Shown piece after piece: positions 1 through 8,943 of a stretch of DNA of 36,730 bases. A program made the translations under genes and the position numbers. Under the pieces are notes generated by a model. That model searched no databases and had not been told where the DNA came from. It saw only the letters and a program-made list of their open reading frames with translations. Origin of the DNA: an uncultured Sandaracinaceae bacterium (GTDB taxonomy: Bacteria; Myxococcota_A; Polyangia; Polyangiales; JADJQN01); contig CAZWQH010000004.1 of the NCBI GenBank assembly GCA_964635815.1, positions 1 to 36,730 of the forward strand. The letters run 5' to 3'. Numbering within the stretch: the stretch's first letter is position 1; every line of letters starts with the position of its first letter.

Positions 1-503
1 GTTCCACCCGCAGCGGTCGCCGGGCCCACCATTCCTGCGAACGCACCACGCAGACCTACTTCCGATCCGTACTTGCGGTGCTGACGGACTCGTGGCGTGC
101 GAATCACGGGCGCAGGGCGAACGACAATCGGACGAGGCGGCGGCTGCGGAGCCGGTTGCACATAGACAACCTGTGGAGGCGGCGCAGGACGGTAAATAAT
201 CACGGGCGGAGGAGGAGGTGGTGGTGGCGCCGGCGTGACGACTACGAACTGGGGCTGTTGAACGTACACAGGGTTCGGATCGACATGGACGACGATCTGG
301 GCGCTAGCGCGCTCGGCGCCGAGCAACGCGCACGCAATCAGTGCCGCCCCGCGAAGGGTGTTTGCAGCCCTGAGCGAAGAACCACCGCGAAGGGTGTTCG
401 CAGCCCTGAGCGAAGAAACACCGCGAAGGGTGTTTGCAGCCCTGAGCGAAGAAACACCGAAGAGAGTTCGAATCACGGTTTTGCCACTTACCCGGGTTGT
501 CAT
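1..503 (-). CDS. Proline-rich secreted protein, partial (runs off the left edge); not in the supplied ORF track
   Basis: Manual translation from ATG at 503 (GGAAGG SD 7 nt upstream; alternative in-frame ATG at 527): MTTRVSGKTVIRTLFG(VSSLRAANTLRG-like)x3 AALIACALLGAERASA|QIVVHVDPNPVYVQQPQFVVVTPAPPPPPPPPVIIYRPAPPPQVVYVQPAPQPPPRP...SEVGLRGAFAG. Signal peptide with an ASA cleavage site, then a Pro-rich linker; open to position 1. Confidence 0.75.
   Translation of the reverse strand, partial: MTTRVSGKTVIRTLFGVSSLRAANTLRGVSSLRAANTLRGGSSLRAANTLRGAALIACALLGAERASAQIVVHVDPNPVYVQQPQFVVVTPAPPPPPPPPVIIYRPAPPPQVVYVQPAPQPPPRPIVVRPAPVIRTPRVRQHRKYGSEVGLRGAFAGMVGPATAAGG
349..459. repeat. Tandem repeat, 3 x 36 bp (CCGCGAAGGGTGTTYGCAGCCCTGAGCGAAGAAMCA), in frame within the signal-peptide n-region
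   Basis: Units at 349-384, 385-420 and 421-456 differ by 1-2 nt; there are no spacers. Confidence 0.95.
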
Positions 504-539
504 CGTCGCGCCTTCCGTCCCGTTCATGGCTTCTTGAAG

Positions 540-555
540 TGCATCTTCGGTGCCA
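540..555 (-). promoter_or_regulatory. Putative sigma54 (-24/-12) promoter for the Pro-rich gene
   Basis: Minus strand reads TGGCACCGAAGATGCA, i.e. TGGCAC-N5-ATGCA with exact GG-N10-GC spacing. Confidence 0.65.
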
Positions 556-592
556 CCGAATTCGTCAACAATGTTGGGGCGGTGCGCCCACG

Positions 593-616
593 GATCGTGA
601 AGCGCAGTTCACGATC
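593..616. promoter_or_regulatory. Perfect 9-bp inverted repeat (activator binding site or terminator stem)
   Basis: GATCGTGAA-gcgcag-TTCACGATC, lying between the stop of the AgmX-like gene (640) and the sigma54 promoter (555). Confidence 0.45.
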
Positions 617-639
617 GGCGGCGACCTTACGAGGCGCGG

Positions 640-2548
640 TCACTGAGGCTGAAAGAGAAACGGAATCGGGATAGTCGACGCCGCTGCGCTCGCCGGGAAC
701 CGCCAGCGCCGCACAGCACTGACGATGCACTGATGGAGACCGCCCATCGCCGGCCCTTCGATGTTCGCGCTCGTCACTTGGCCAGACGCCGCTACGGACA
801 GGACAGCGCGGATGCGAACAGCGTCAGTAGCCCCGGTTTCGCGAAGCGCGCGGTTGTAACAAACGTTTACGTCACCGCGGCGCGCGTTCACCACGGTTCG
901 TACCTGGGCTTCGGAGAGCTCGCTTCGGGCACTGCTTCCGCCGCTTGGGTCTTCTTCGCGCGGGACCTCAATCGCCGGGCCTTCGCCCAAGTCGTTACCC
1001 GCACGTTGGAGCTCGGCCAGCTGCGCAGCCGTCAGCTGAACACCACCGCCCGTGTTCCCAGGACGCCCGTTGTTCGTGTTTACGGCGACCTTCACGGCCT
1101 TGTTTCGACCCGCGTTGCCAGGGCCTGTCTTGGTGTTCGGCTGCTCGTTAGATACGTCGTTCGAAGCAGTCGTTTCCGTGTTTCCGGCGTTGGGTAGCGC
1201 GTTTTGAGCAACGTTCGTTGGTTGCGCCGGGGCAGACGGGCTGCGGAACCACGGCAGCTGGTGCAGCAAGGAACTTCACACCGATCACGATGCCCACCGC
1301 CGTGCTGAAAAGGACGCCCGCGACGATCGCGATGTACAGCGCGACGGGCACGCTCGGACCGCGTCCGCCGGGAAGAATGCTGACTCTTCGCTGAAGGGAC
1401 TCCGGAACCAACGATGCGCGCGAAGGAGGATCGCCGGCAGACGCATACCCGACGCGCGGCTGACCTTGATCAAACGTCGGAGTGGGTGCGGGAGGAATCG
1501 GCGCGTTCGCGAGAACGGGCGCGGGCGCGAACGAATCGCGATGCTCGCGCTCAGGCACCCGAGCCGCGGGCATGTCGATGGGCGTAGCGACACGGCCCTG
1601 TCCGACCGGACCCTTCAAGTAGTCTGGAATCATGTTCGCATCGAAGAGTTCGTCGATGCTCGCTTCCATCGTTTGCGAGCCAATCTTCCGCGCATCCGCC
1701 GTTCCGCGAGCGACGGGGGCCGAACGACGATCCGATTCCTCCAGCTCACCGAGCATCCCCATCGGGTCACTCGAGATCTGTGTCGCTGCGCTCTCTTCGA
1801 ACTCTTCGGCGGGCGCGGCAGCGACACGACCGCCTATCGGAACGACGTTAGAACGTGCGGCGGGGCGCGAGACCATCGGGCGACCACTTGTCGCGGGTGG
1901 AGAGGCTTGTGGGTATTGCTGAGCCGGCGCGTAAGGAGCAGGCGGCACGACGCTCGCGCGTGTGGTTGCAGCGCGTGGAGCAGGTCGGCCCGGCGGAAGA
2001 GAGCCTCGAGCGGGAACGGTCGGTTGCGGGGCAGGAGCGGATCCACCGCGTCGTAGCAACGGTGCAAGCTCAGCCACGTCACGGACGGGGCGCCAGTCGT
2101 CGAAACCTTCGCGCCAACAAAGCGATTCCGCGCTGACCGCTCCGGATTGGATCTTTCGCGCAAGCTCGTCGCGTCGCATCGGTCCGACCGGTACGTCGTG
2201 AATCGCGACGTGCCATTGATCTGGTAGATGCCCGCGCGGAGGATCTGCTGGCTCGCCGCGACCGGGTGCGCGCAAGTCCGCTCCCAGAGCCCCGCCTGCG
2301 CGCCGTGGAACCGGGAGAGGTTGCTGCTGAGGTGGCGAGGTGCGACGCGTGTTGAGCAGCGCGGGCGAGCTACCGCCCTTGTTGGGAGGCGGTACTTGGC
2401 TCTTTCGAGCCGGTGCATCCTCCGTCTGGTCGCCTCGAAGGATGATCTCCGAATCGCATTTCCGACATTTCATGCGCAAGGTTCTCCCGGCGATCTTGTC
2501 GTCGGAGATTTGGTACTTCGCCTTGCAAGTAGTGCAGAGGAACTTCAT
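640..2548 (-). pseudogene. AgmX/GltJ-like gliding-motility protein (zinc ribbon - GYF_2 - Pro-rich linker - TM - AgmX/PglI/TonB-C-like domain), split by one frameshift near 1238-1240
   Basis: ORF 1148-2548 has CxxC...CxxC (MKFLCTTCKAKYQISDDKI...KCRKC), GYF_2 (WHVAI...GPM...LCWREGFDDWRPV) and a TM helix. ORF 640-1269 carries the C-terminal domain (LSEAQVRTVV...CYNRAL...CIVSAVRRWRFP...IPFLF). Removing one base from the G-run at 1238-1240 fuses them into about 635 aa. Confidence 0.8.
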
Positions 2549-2626
2549 CCAGTGTTTTGTCGTTTCCGAAGTGGCGAAGGTTCACGCAAATAGAGCGCGA
2601 AACGATGCACTGCGAAGGTACACACC

Positions 2627-4063
2627 TTAGAGCAGTGTGACGAGATGTTCTTTGATGCCTTTTCGCGTATCGGCATCGGGAGCACATTGCAGGGCCCGCT
2701 CCCACATCTCCACCGCTTTTCGACGAAATCCGCCCTGCTGGTAAAGCACCGCGAGGTTTCGCAATGCCGCGTAGTTTCGCGGCCGAAGCTCGACCGCGGT
2801 CTCGATGGCTTGAATCGCCGAGTACAGACCTTCCTCGGTGCGAGCCAAGAACAACCCAAGTGAGTAGTGCAGCTGGAACGCGAGCGGGTCGATCTTGACC
2901 CCTCCGCGCACGTGCTCCACGGCCGCCTCGATCTCGCCGCGCTGGAACGCCGCCAAACCCTTCTCTAGAGCTGCGTTGGCTTCCCCCGAGAGGGCTTCCT
3001 CGTCGGGCGGAGGTTCTTGCGATGCGCCGCTGAGCGCAGCCTCGACCGCTTTGATGGCATCGTCGAGCCGAAACGGCTTCTCGAGAACGGTCGCGACCTT
3101 GTACACGTCGCGAAGATCCTCCGCGATGCGCCAGCCTCGATAAACGGCCGTCATGAGCACGATGGGGATGTGGCCGTAGCGTTGACTGCCTCGAATGCGC
3201 CGACAGATGTCGAACCCGTGCAGTCCAGGAAGCATCGCGTCGAGAACGAGTGCGTCTGGACTGTGCTGCTTCACGGCGTGAAGCGCATCGATTCCGTCGC
3301 CCGCATCGACAACCCGCAGGCCCCGCTCCTCGAACGCGCGCCGAAGCAGCCGTCGAATCTCTTCGTCATCGTCGACGACGAGGATCGTTCGCTTTGTCGA
3401 ATCCGCGATCAAGTCGTCCACCGGTCCCACGTAGGACGCGTCCAGCGCGGGTCCTACGTCCGTTGAAAGGGAAGCTGTCGAAAGCCCGGTTTCGGTGATC
3501 TCGCTCTCGGCGGAAACGACGCCGTCCACCCCAGGCTGGGGTTCTCGACGAGCTCCCAGTGATGCCACGTAGTCTGGTGGCGCAGCAGCACCGATGTAGT
3601 GCGACCTGCCCGCAGCGAGCTCTGCATACGCCGCCTCGATCGTGGTGCTCAACGCCTCGTGAAGCGCCACGTAAGGAAAAACCTTCTTTCCAGTGACAAA
3701 TTCCACTTCTTCGACGACGCGAGTGTCGAATGGGTCGGCCATCGCCAGGAAAAGGCGATCGTCGCGGATCATGATTGGAAGGAGCTGGCACCGTCGCGCA
3801 AGTTCCTCGGGGACCTCGCGCACGTGCCCGAGATCGATCACCACCTGGGAAAGGTCAATACCCGGAAGGCCATGCTGCTCGCTGAGGGCCCGAAGGAGGT
3901 CCACCTGCGCGACCGTGCCCGCCGCGGCTGCTACGGACGCTAGCCGTTGACCAGGCTGTTCGCGCTGGGCTTGAAGCATGTCATCCAGCTGCTTGGCTGT
4001 GACTAACCGCTGCTTCAACAGAATACGGCCGAGTTGCCGTCTATCGCCCTTGTCGTCGGTCAT
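2627..4063 (-). CDS. Response regulator with N-terminal MshEN/T2SSE_N domain, REC domain and C-terminal TPRs
   Basis: QLGRILL...QLDDMLQAQ MshEN-like motif, LFLAMADPFD (T2SSE_N), REC (ILVVDDD...LDAMLPG...KPF) and TPR helices. Start taken at ATG 4063 (MTDDKG); the track ORF extends to 4108. Confidence 0.85.
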   Translation of the reverse strand: MTDDKGDRRQLGRILLKQRLVTAKQLDDMLQAQREQPGQRLASVAAAAGTVAQVDLLRALSEQHGLPGIDLSQVVIDLGHVREVPEELARRCQLLPIMIRDDRLFLAMADPFDTRVVEEVEFVTGKKVFPYVALHEALSTTIEAAYAELAAGRSHYIGAAAPPDYVASLGARREPQPGVDGVVSAESEITETGLSTASLSTDVGPALDASYVGPVDDLIADSTKRTILVVDDDEEIRRLLRRAFEERGLRVVDAGDGIDALHAVKQHSPDALVLDAMLPGLHGFDICRRIRGSQRYGHIPIVLMTAVYRGWRIAEDLRDVYKVATVLEKPFRLDDAIKAVEAALSGASQEPPPDEEALSGEANAALEKGLAAFQRGEIEAAVEHVRGGVKIDPLAFQLHYSLGLFLARTEEGLYSAIQAIETAVELRPRNYAALRNLAVLYQQGGFRRKAVEMWERALQCAPDADTRKGIKEHLVTLL

Positions 4064-4229
4064 TCCGGAGGCACTGGCAGCGTACAGGCAGCCGGTGGCC
4101 GGTCGCAACCACGAGATTCGGTAATTATTTTCTCCCCGAACGGGTGGTTGTTACTGCTTCCCGACCCGCAGGGGGTCGGGGACTGTGTGGCGCAGACTTT
4201 GTTGCACCGAAGCTGACGGTTACCGGCCT

Positions 4230-4736
4230 CTAGAGACCTGAAACAATGACCAGCTCGCCACGAGGGCTTCGCCTGAGGACGATCCGGTTGTCAGCCAACC
4301 GCTGCTCCCAACGATCGCCTTCCTCCGAATGGATTCGGAAGCTCCCGGTGTATGTGTAGTCGACGAAGACCTGGTCTCGCTCGTGTGAAATTCGGCGATA
4401 ACGGATGTCATAGCGGACCGCGATGAGCCGGCTGAGCTTCGACAGTCCCTCGCGCAGGCTTGCGTAGTCTGTGTCGTCCGTTCCTACAGGGGTCCCGTTG
4501 TCGTCGAAATAGTCAACGGCCACCAACGAAAGGACCTCGTCCGGACTTCGGTGCTCCATCGCAACCCGGTACCGCTCCACAAACTCTACGGTTTCGCGAT
4601 TGGCGTTCGTGTCTTCGATGTCGGTGTTCGGGATGAGCTGCTTGTCACAACCCGTCAGAGACGCGACCGCTGCCAACGCGAGCGCGGCAAGAAGGCCTGT
4701 GGAAACAACGGACGCGTGCGAACGTGGAGATCTCAT
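4230..4736 (-). CDS. Lipoprotein with an NTF2/SnoaL-like fold
   Basis: Lipobox LTGC; FVERYRVAME...LSLVAVDYFDDNG followed by a beta-rich C-terminal half. Confidence 0.7.
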   Translation of the reverse strand: MRSPRSHASVVSTGLLAALALAAVASLTGCDKQLIPNTDIEDTNANRETVEFVERYRVAMEHRSPDEVLSLVAVDYFDDNGTPVGTDDTDYASLREGLSKLSRLIAVRYDIRYRRISHERDQVFVDYTYTGSFRIHSEEGDRWEQRLADNRIVLRRSPRGELVIVSGL

Positions 4737-4822
4737 AGGCGGCTGCCGAAACCGGTCGGTACCATAGCGGAAACGGTTCGCCCAGGCACTTATTCCGCCA
4801 GGCTGCTATACAACGCGACTCC

Positions 4823-5368
4823 ATGGCTGCTCCGGCTCCATCACGCGTGCAGATCGGCGAACGGTCGTACGAAGTCGAAGCTGATCCCCAGACAGGGCGC
4901 GTTCGAGTTCGCGAGGCCATACCCGCCGCCCAGTGGATCGATGTCGATTGCGCGCCTGTCGCCGGCGGCTTCGTTGCGCGTGTCGGTTCGTCTGTGCTCG
5001 ACATCATCATCGATCGACAGCACGGGGATAGCGGCATCGAGATGGCGGTCCACACTCGCGGCGCGCGCGGAACGATCGTCGTGGCAACGGACAGCACGCG
5101 TTCGAGCACAAGCGGATCTTCTGCGGGTCGTCGCGCCCCTGGACAAGGAAACATCCTCGCACCGATGCCCGGCAGGATCGTGAACCTCTTCGTTGGTGTC
5201 GGCGACACCGTGGAAAAAAACCAACGACTGCTCGCAATCGAAGCCATGAAGATGGAGAACGAGCTTCGTTCCCCGCACGCGGGAGTGGTCGAGGAAGTGC
5301 GAACGAAAGCTGGGGACAGTGTCGAAGCACGCGTGGTGCTGATGCGCATTCGCGCGGCGACCATCTGA
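4823..5368 (+). CDS. Biotin carboxyl carrier protein (acyl-CoA carboxylase biotinyl subunit)
   Basis: APMPGRIV...GDTVEKNQ...EAMKMENEL biotinylation motif. Confidence 0.92.
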   Translation: MAAPAPSRVQIGERSYEVEADPQTGRVRVREAIPAAQWIDVDCAPVAGGFVARVGSSVLDIIIDRQHGDSGIEMAVHTRGARGTIVVATDSTRSSTSGSSAGRRAPGQGNILAPMPGRIVNLFVGVGDTVEKNQRLLAIEAMKMENELRSPHAGVVEEVRTKAGDSVEARVVLMRIRAATI

Positions 5369-5383
5369 GAACGTCTCGCGACG

Positions 5384-6745
5384 CTACGAGATGCCGTACT
5401 CCTTCAGCTTGTAGAGCAGAGCGCGGTGACTGATTTCGAGGATGCGCGCCGCGGCGGTCCGATTGCCGCGTGTCTTTTCTAGCGCTCTCCGAATAAGCGT
5501 CTGCTCGATGATTCGCGTCGTCTTCTTGATGCTCAGCTCATCGCTCTCGAGCGACATGCTGATCGGGTCATTGGGCTCGCGCACGCGCGGCGGCAGATCG
5601 TCGACCGTGAGCGTGTCGGTCTCGGCAAGCACGACGGATCGCTCGATGACGTTCTCGAGCTCACGCACGTTTCCGGGCCACGGATACTCCATCAGTGCCT
5701 CGAGCGCTTTGGCATCGACTCGATGTACGCGCGTTCCCATCCTTGCAATGTTCTTCTGTACGAAGTGTTCGACCAACAATGGAATATCGTCGACGCGCTC
5801 TCTCAGAGCCGGGACCCGCACCTGGAGCACGTTGAGCCGGTAGTAGAGATCTTCCCGGAAGCGGCCATTTTCGACCTCTTCGGAGAGTTCGCGCATCGTG
5901 GCGGTAATCACACGAACGTCGACCGTGATGTCGCGTGTCTCACCAAGCCTGCGGATCACGCCCTCTTGAAGAGCACGCAGGATTTTGACCTGGAGCGACA
6001 GCGGCAGCTCCGCGATCTCGTCCAGAAACAGAGTTCCGCCGTCGGCTTCCTCGAACAACCCACGCTTGTCCGAAGACGCATCGGTGAAGGCGCCACGCTT
6101 GTGACCGAACAGCTCGCTCTCGAGCAGAGCTTCTGGGATCGCGCCGCAGTTGATCGCAACGAACCGCTTCGAGGCACGCGGACCCAGATCGTGTAAGGCG
6201 CGCGCAACGAGCTCTTTTCCCGTCCCGCTCTCGCCTTGGATGAGAACGGTCGTGCGATACTCAGCCGCCTTCTGAATAGTGCGGTAGAGCAGCTGCATCC
6301 GCTCGCTCACACCGATCATGTCGCCGTTGCGTTGAGATCGCTTCGTCTCCTCGCGAAGGGCGCGATTCTCGCGACGAAGCTGTTCGCGTTCTTCGGCTTT
6401 CTTCAGCACGAGAATGATCTCGTCGTGTTTGAACGGCTTGCTGACGTAGTCGTACGCGCCGGCCTTCATCGCTTCGATCGCGAGGTCGATCGAGCCGTAC
6501 GCACTCATGATGATGACCGTGCTGGCGATCTTCTTCTCGCGCACCTGCTCGGCCAGCTGAATACCGGTGAGGCCAGGCATACGAACGTCCGCGATGACGA
6601 AGTCTGGGGGCGACGCCTCGATCATGGTCAGCGCTTCGGTTCCAGACGAGGCGGTGTCCACGTCGTACCCGTTCTTCCGAAGCAGGGTTCGGAGCACCAG
6701 GCGCAGGTTCTCCTCATCGTCGACGACTAGAACGCGTGCCGGCAT
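5384..6745 (-). CDS. NtrC-family sigma54-dependent response regulator (REC-AAA+-HTH)
   Basis: VLVVDDE, DVRMPG, GESGTGKE, GAFTDA, LFLDEI, FREDLYYRLNV, WPGNVRELEN and a Fis-type HTH. Confidence 0.96.
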   Translation of the reverse strand: MPARVLVVDDEENLRLVLRTLLRKNGYDVDTASSGTEALTMIEASPPDFVIADVRMPGLTGIQLAEQVREKKIASTVIIMSAYGSIDLAIEAMKAGAYDYVSKPFKHDEIILVLKKAEEREQLRRENRALREETKRSQRNGDMIGVSERMQLLYRTIQKAAEYRTTVLIQGESGTGKELVARALHDLGPRASKRFVAINCGAIPEALLESELFGHKRGAFTDASSDKRGLFEEADGGTLFLDEIAELPLSLQVKILRALQEGVIRRLGETRDITVDVRVITATMRELSEEVENGRFREDLYYRLNVLQVRVPALRERVDDIPLLVEHFVQKNIARMGTRVHRVDAKALEALMEYPWPGNVRELENVIERSVVLAETDTLTVDDLPPRVREPNDPISMSLESDELSIKKTTRIIEQTLIRRALEKTRGNRTAAARILEISHRALLYKLKEYGIS

Positions 6746-6886
6746 GGGGTTGTCGGCACGGATACTACAGGAGTCCCACCTACGGGGAGCCGTAGTTTCG
6801 GCGGCGAAGGATCATGGCTCGCCGGCTCGGTGCCAACCAAGTTGTCGCGAGGCCTCGCTTTTCGGAACGCTTCCGGTTGCACGTCG

Positions 6887-6902
6887 GGGCACACTGCTTG
6901 CG
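6887..6902 (+). promoter_or_regulatory. Putative sigma54 promoter of the vWA lipoprotein gene
   Basis: GGGCACACTGCTTGCG = GGCAC-N5-TTGC, a close consensus match, divergent from an NtrC-type activator. Confidence 0.7.
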
Positions 6903-7006
6903 TTTCCCTGGTTAGCCGGTTGCCCCGCGTAATGTCTGCTGTATCCTCCGGTCCAACTCTCGACCACAGCGTTTCAAACGTATAAGCGGGTCAGGACACT
7001 TCACTA

Positions 7007-8917
7007 ATGGAACCATCGATGAAACACGCCCTACGCCACGTCGTCGTCTGTCTTGGAGTCGTCGCACTGACGGGGAGTTGCCTCAACCGCGACCTCAAGC
7101 CGCTGACGCCGTGCATTATCAACGGATTCGTCAACTCCGTGAACCAGCAAGCTGTCGACAAGGTCGACTTGCTGTTCATGGTCGACAACTCCAACTCGAT
7201 GGCGGAAGAGCAAGCGTCTCTTGCGCGTGAGTTCCCGAAGCTCATCCGCGTGCTTGCGACCGGCGACAAGGACGGAAATGGCACGATGGATTTCCAGCCG
7301 GTGAAGGATCTCCACGTCGGAATCATCTCGAGCGATCTCGGATCGCTGGACTACGGCGTTCCCACCTGCACGACGACTTTCGGCGATGACGGCGCGATGC
7401 GAAATCGCGGCAACACCGCGCTTACTGGAATGCCCGCATGTCTGGCGACCTACCCTGACGCGTTCTTCTCGTTCCAACCTGGCGCGCCCGGCGCAAACTC
7501 CGATCAGTTCATTCGCAACGTCGAATGTGTCGCTGTCATGGGCACCGGCGGTTGCGGTTTCGAACAGCAACTCGAGTCTGCACTCAAGGCCCTTACGCCT
7601 TCGACTTCGAACTTGCGATTCCTTGGTATTCCGACGACCGGACCGACGCTCGGACAAGGCGACCGCGCCAACGCCGGCTTCCTTCGCGAAGACTCCGTGC
7701 TCGCGATCATCTTGGTAACCGACGAAGAAGACTGCTCGGTTTCCGAAGGAGAGCTGTTCCGACTGAACGGAGGTCAGTTCAACATCGACCTGAACATCAA
7801 GTGTTCGACGTACCCAGAGGCACAACAGCCCATCTCTCGCTACGTACAAGGCTTCCGCGCGCTTCGTGAAGCACGCCCTGAGCTCCTCGTCGTCAGCGCG
7901 ATCGCTGGCGTGCCTCAGGCGCTCATTCCACCGGCGGGCATGCCCATCAACTACGACCGCATCTTGATGGATCCCAGCATGCAGCCGCGCATCGATCCCG
8001 CGAGCAGCGCACCGAACCGTATGCTTCTTCCGTCCTGCAACACTGCGAACGGCATCGCGTTCCCGCCAGTTCGTATCGTGAACGTCGTCAAAGAGTTCGG
8101 CGAGAACGGGATCATTCAGTCGATTTGTGCAGAGAGCTTCGGCCCTGCGCTCGACGCCATCATCGCGAAGATCGCAGACGCTCTTGGTAACGTCTGCCTC
8201 CCGCGCGCGCTCAATCCGAACTCGGAAGGCAATGTCGATTGCGACGTCGTCGAGATTTTGCCGTCGCGATCGGCTGCTGGGGTCACCGACGAAATGGCGC
8301 GATGCGCCAACCAAGCAGGTCGTGGCCGCGATGCAGTGCCCGTGCGCGTCGAAGGCAGCCGCGAAGTTTGCAAGATTCGGCAGCTGGTTCCGCCTCGAGA
8401 TGCCGGCGGTACCCGCAGCGTGCCGACCGGACAAGGCTGGTATTACGACGACTTCAGCTCCGACACCCAGATGCGTTGCCCCTCGATGCAAAAGCAACGC
8501 ATCGCGTTCACGGCAGGCTCTGAACCCGTCGCCGGTGCAACGGTGCGCCTCGAGTGTCTGCAGTCCGTCGGCGGCACGTCGTCGACGGTGACCACGTTTG
8601 GCTCGTTCTGCTCGAACGACATCGTTCAAGCCGCGCTCGCACGCCGAGTGGGCGGTGGGTGTGCAACTCCGAACGTCTGCACTCTCGAAGAGCGCAATGC
8701 GTTCTGCCAGGGAAGTCTTGACTATCGCCGCACAGGCGCGGCGCAAAGCGACCTCCTTTGCGACACTGCGTCGAACACCTGTCAGGTTCCATGCACGACG
8801 AACGCAGATTGCACGACATCCGGTCTTCGCGGGTTCCTCTGCGACCGGCGCCCCAAGCGCGCTGGACAGATGCCGGAGGGGATCTGCGTGAATCCGACCT
8901 GCGACTTCGCCAACTGA
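7007..8917 (+). CDS. Cys-rich vWA/integrin-like (MIDAS) lipoprotein of the myxobacterial type
   Basis: Lipobox-like LTGSC; VDLLFMVDNSNSMAEEQ (DxSxS MIDAS); GTGGCGFEQQLES; FLREDSVLAIILVTDEEDCS; Cys-rich C-terminus. Start may be 7007 or 7019. Confidence 0.85.
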   Translation: MEPSMKHALRHVVVCLGVVALTGSCLNRDLKPLTPCIINGFVNSVNQQAVDKVDLLFMVDNSNSMAEEQASLAREFPKLIRVLATGDKDGNGTMDFQPVKDLHVGIISSDLGSLDYGVPTCTTTFGDDGAMRNRGNTALTGMPACLATYPDAFFSFQPGAPGANSDQFIRNVECVAVMGTGGCGFEQQLESALKALTPSTSNLRFLGIPTTGPTLGQGDRANAGFLREDSVLAIILVTDEEDCSVSEGELFRLNGGQFNIDLNIKCSTYPEAQQPISRYVQGFRALREARPELLVVSAIAGVPQALIPPAGMPINYDRILMDPSMQPRIDPASSAPNRMLLPSCNTANGIAFPPVRIVNVVKEFGENGIIQSICAESFGPALDAIIAKIADALGNVCLPRALNPNSEGNVDCDVVEILPSRSAAGVTDEMARCANQAGRGRDAVPVRVEGSREVCKIRQLVPPRDAGGTRSVPTGQGWYYDDFSSDTQMRCPSMQKQRIAFTAGSEPVAGATVRLECLQSVGGTSSTVTTFGSFCSNDIVQAALARRVGGGCATPNVCTLEERNAFCQGSLDYRRTGAAQSDLLCDTASNTCQVPCTTNADCTTSGLRGFLCDRRPKRAGQMPEGICVNPTCDFAN

Positions 8918-8943
8918 TCTGCACTCGTCATTTGGTCTGATCC

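Noticed and set aside
349-459. CRISPR array (36-bp partly palindromic repeats)
   Set aside because: Units are directly adjacent with no spacers, lie in frame inside a CDS, and no cas genes are present.
78-674. 198-aa plus-strand ORF
   Set aside because: Arg/Trp-rich antisense shadow of the Pro-rich minus-strand gene, which has a signal peptide, SD and promoter.
6080-6100. GAFTDA instead of GAFTGA in the NtrC-type regulator
   Set aside because: A common natural variant retaining the critical F and T; not evidence of sigma54 independence.
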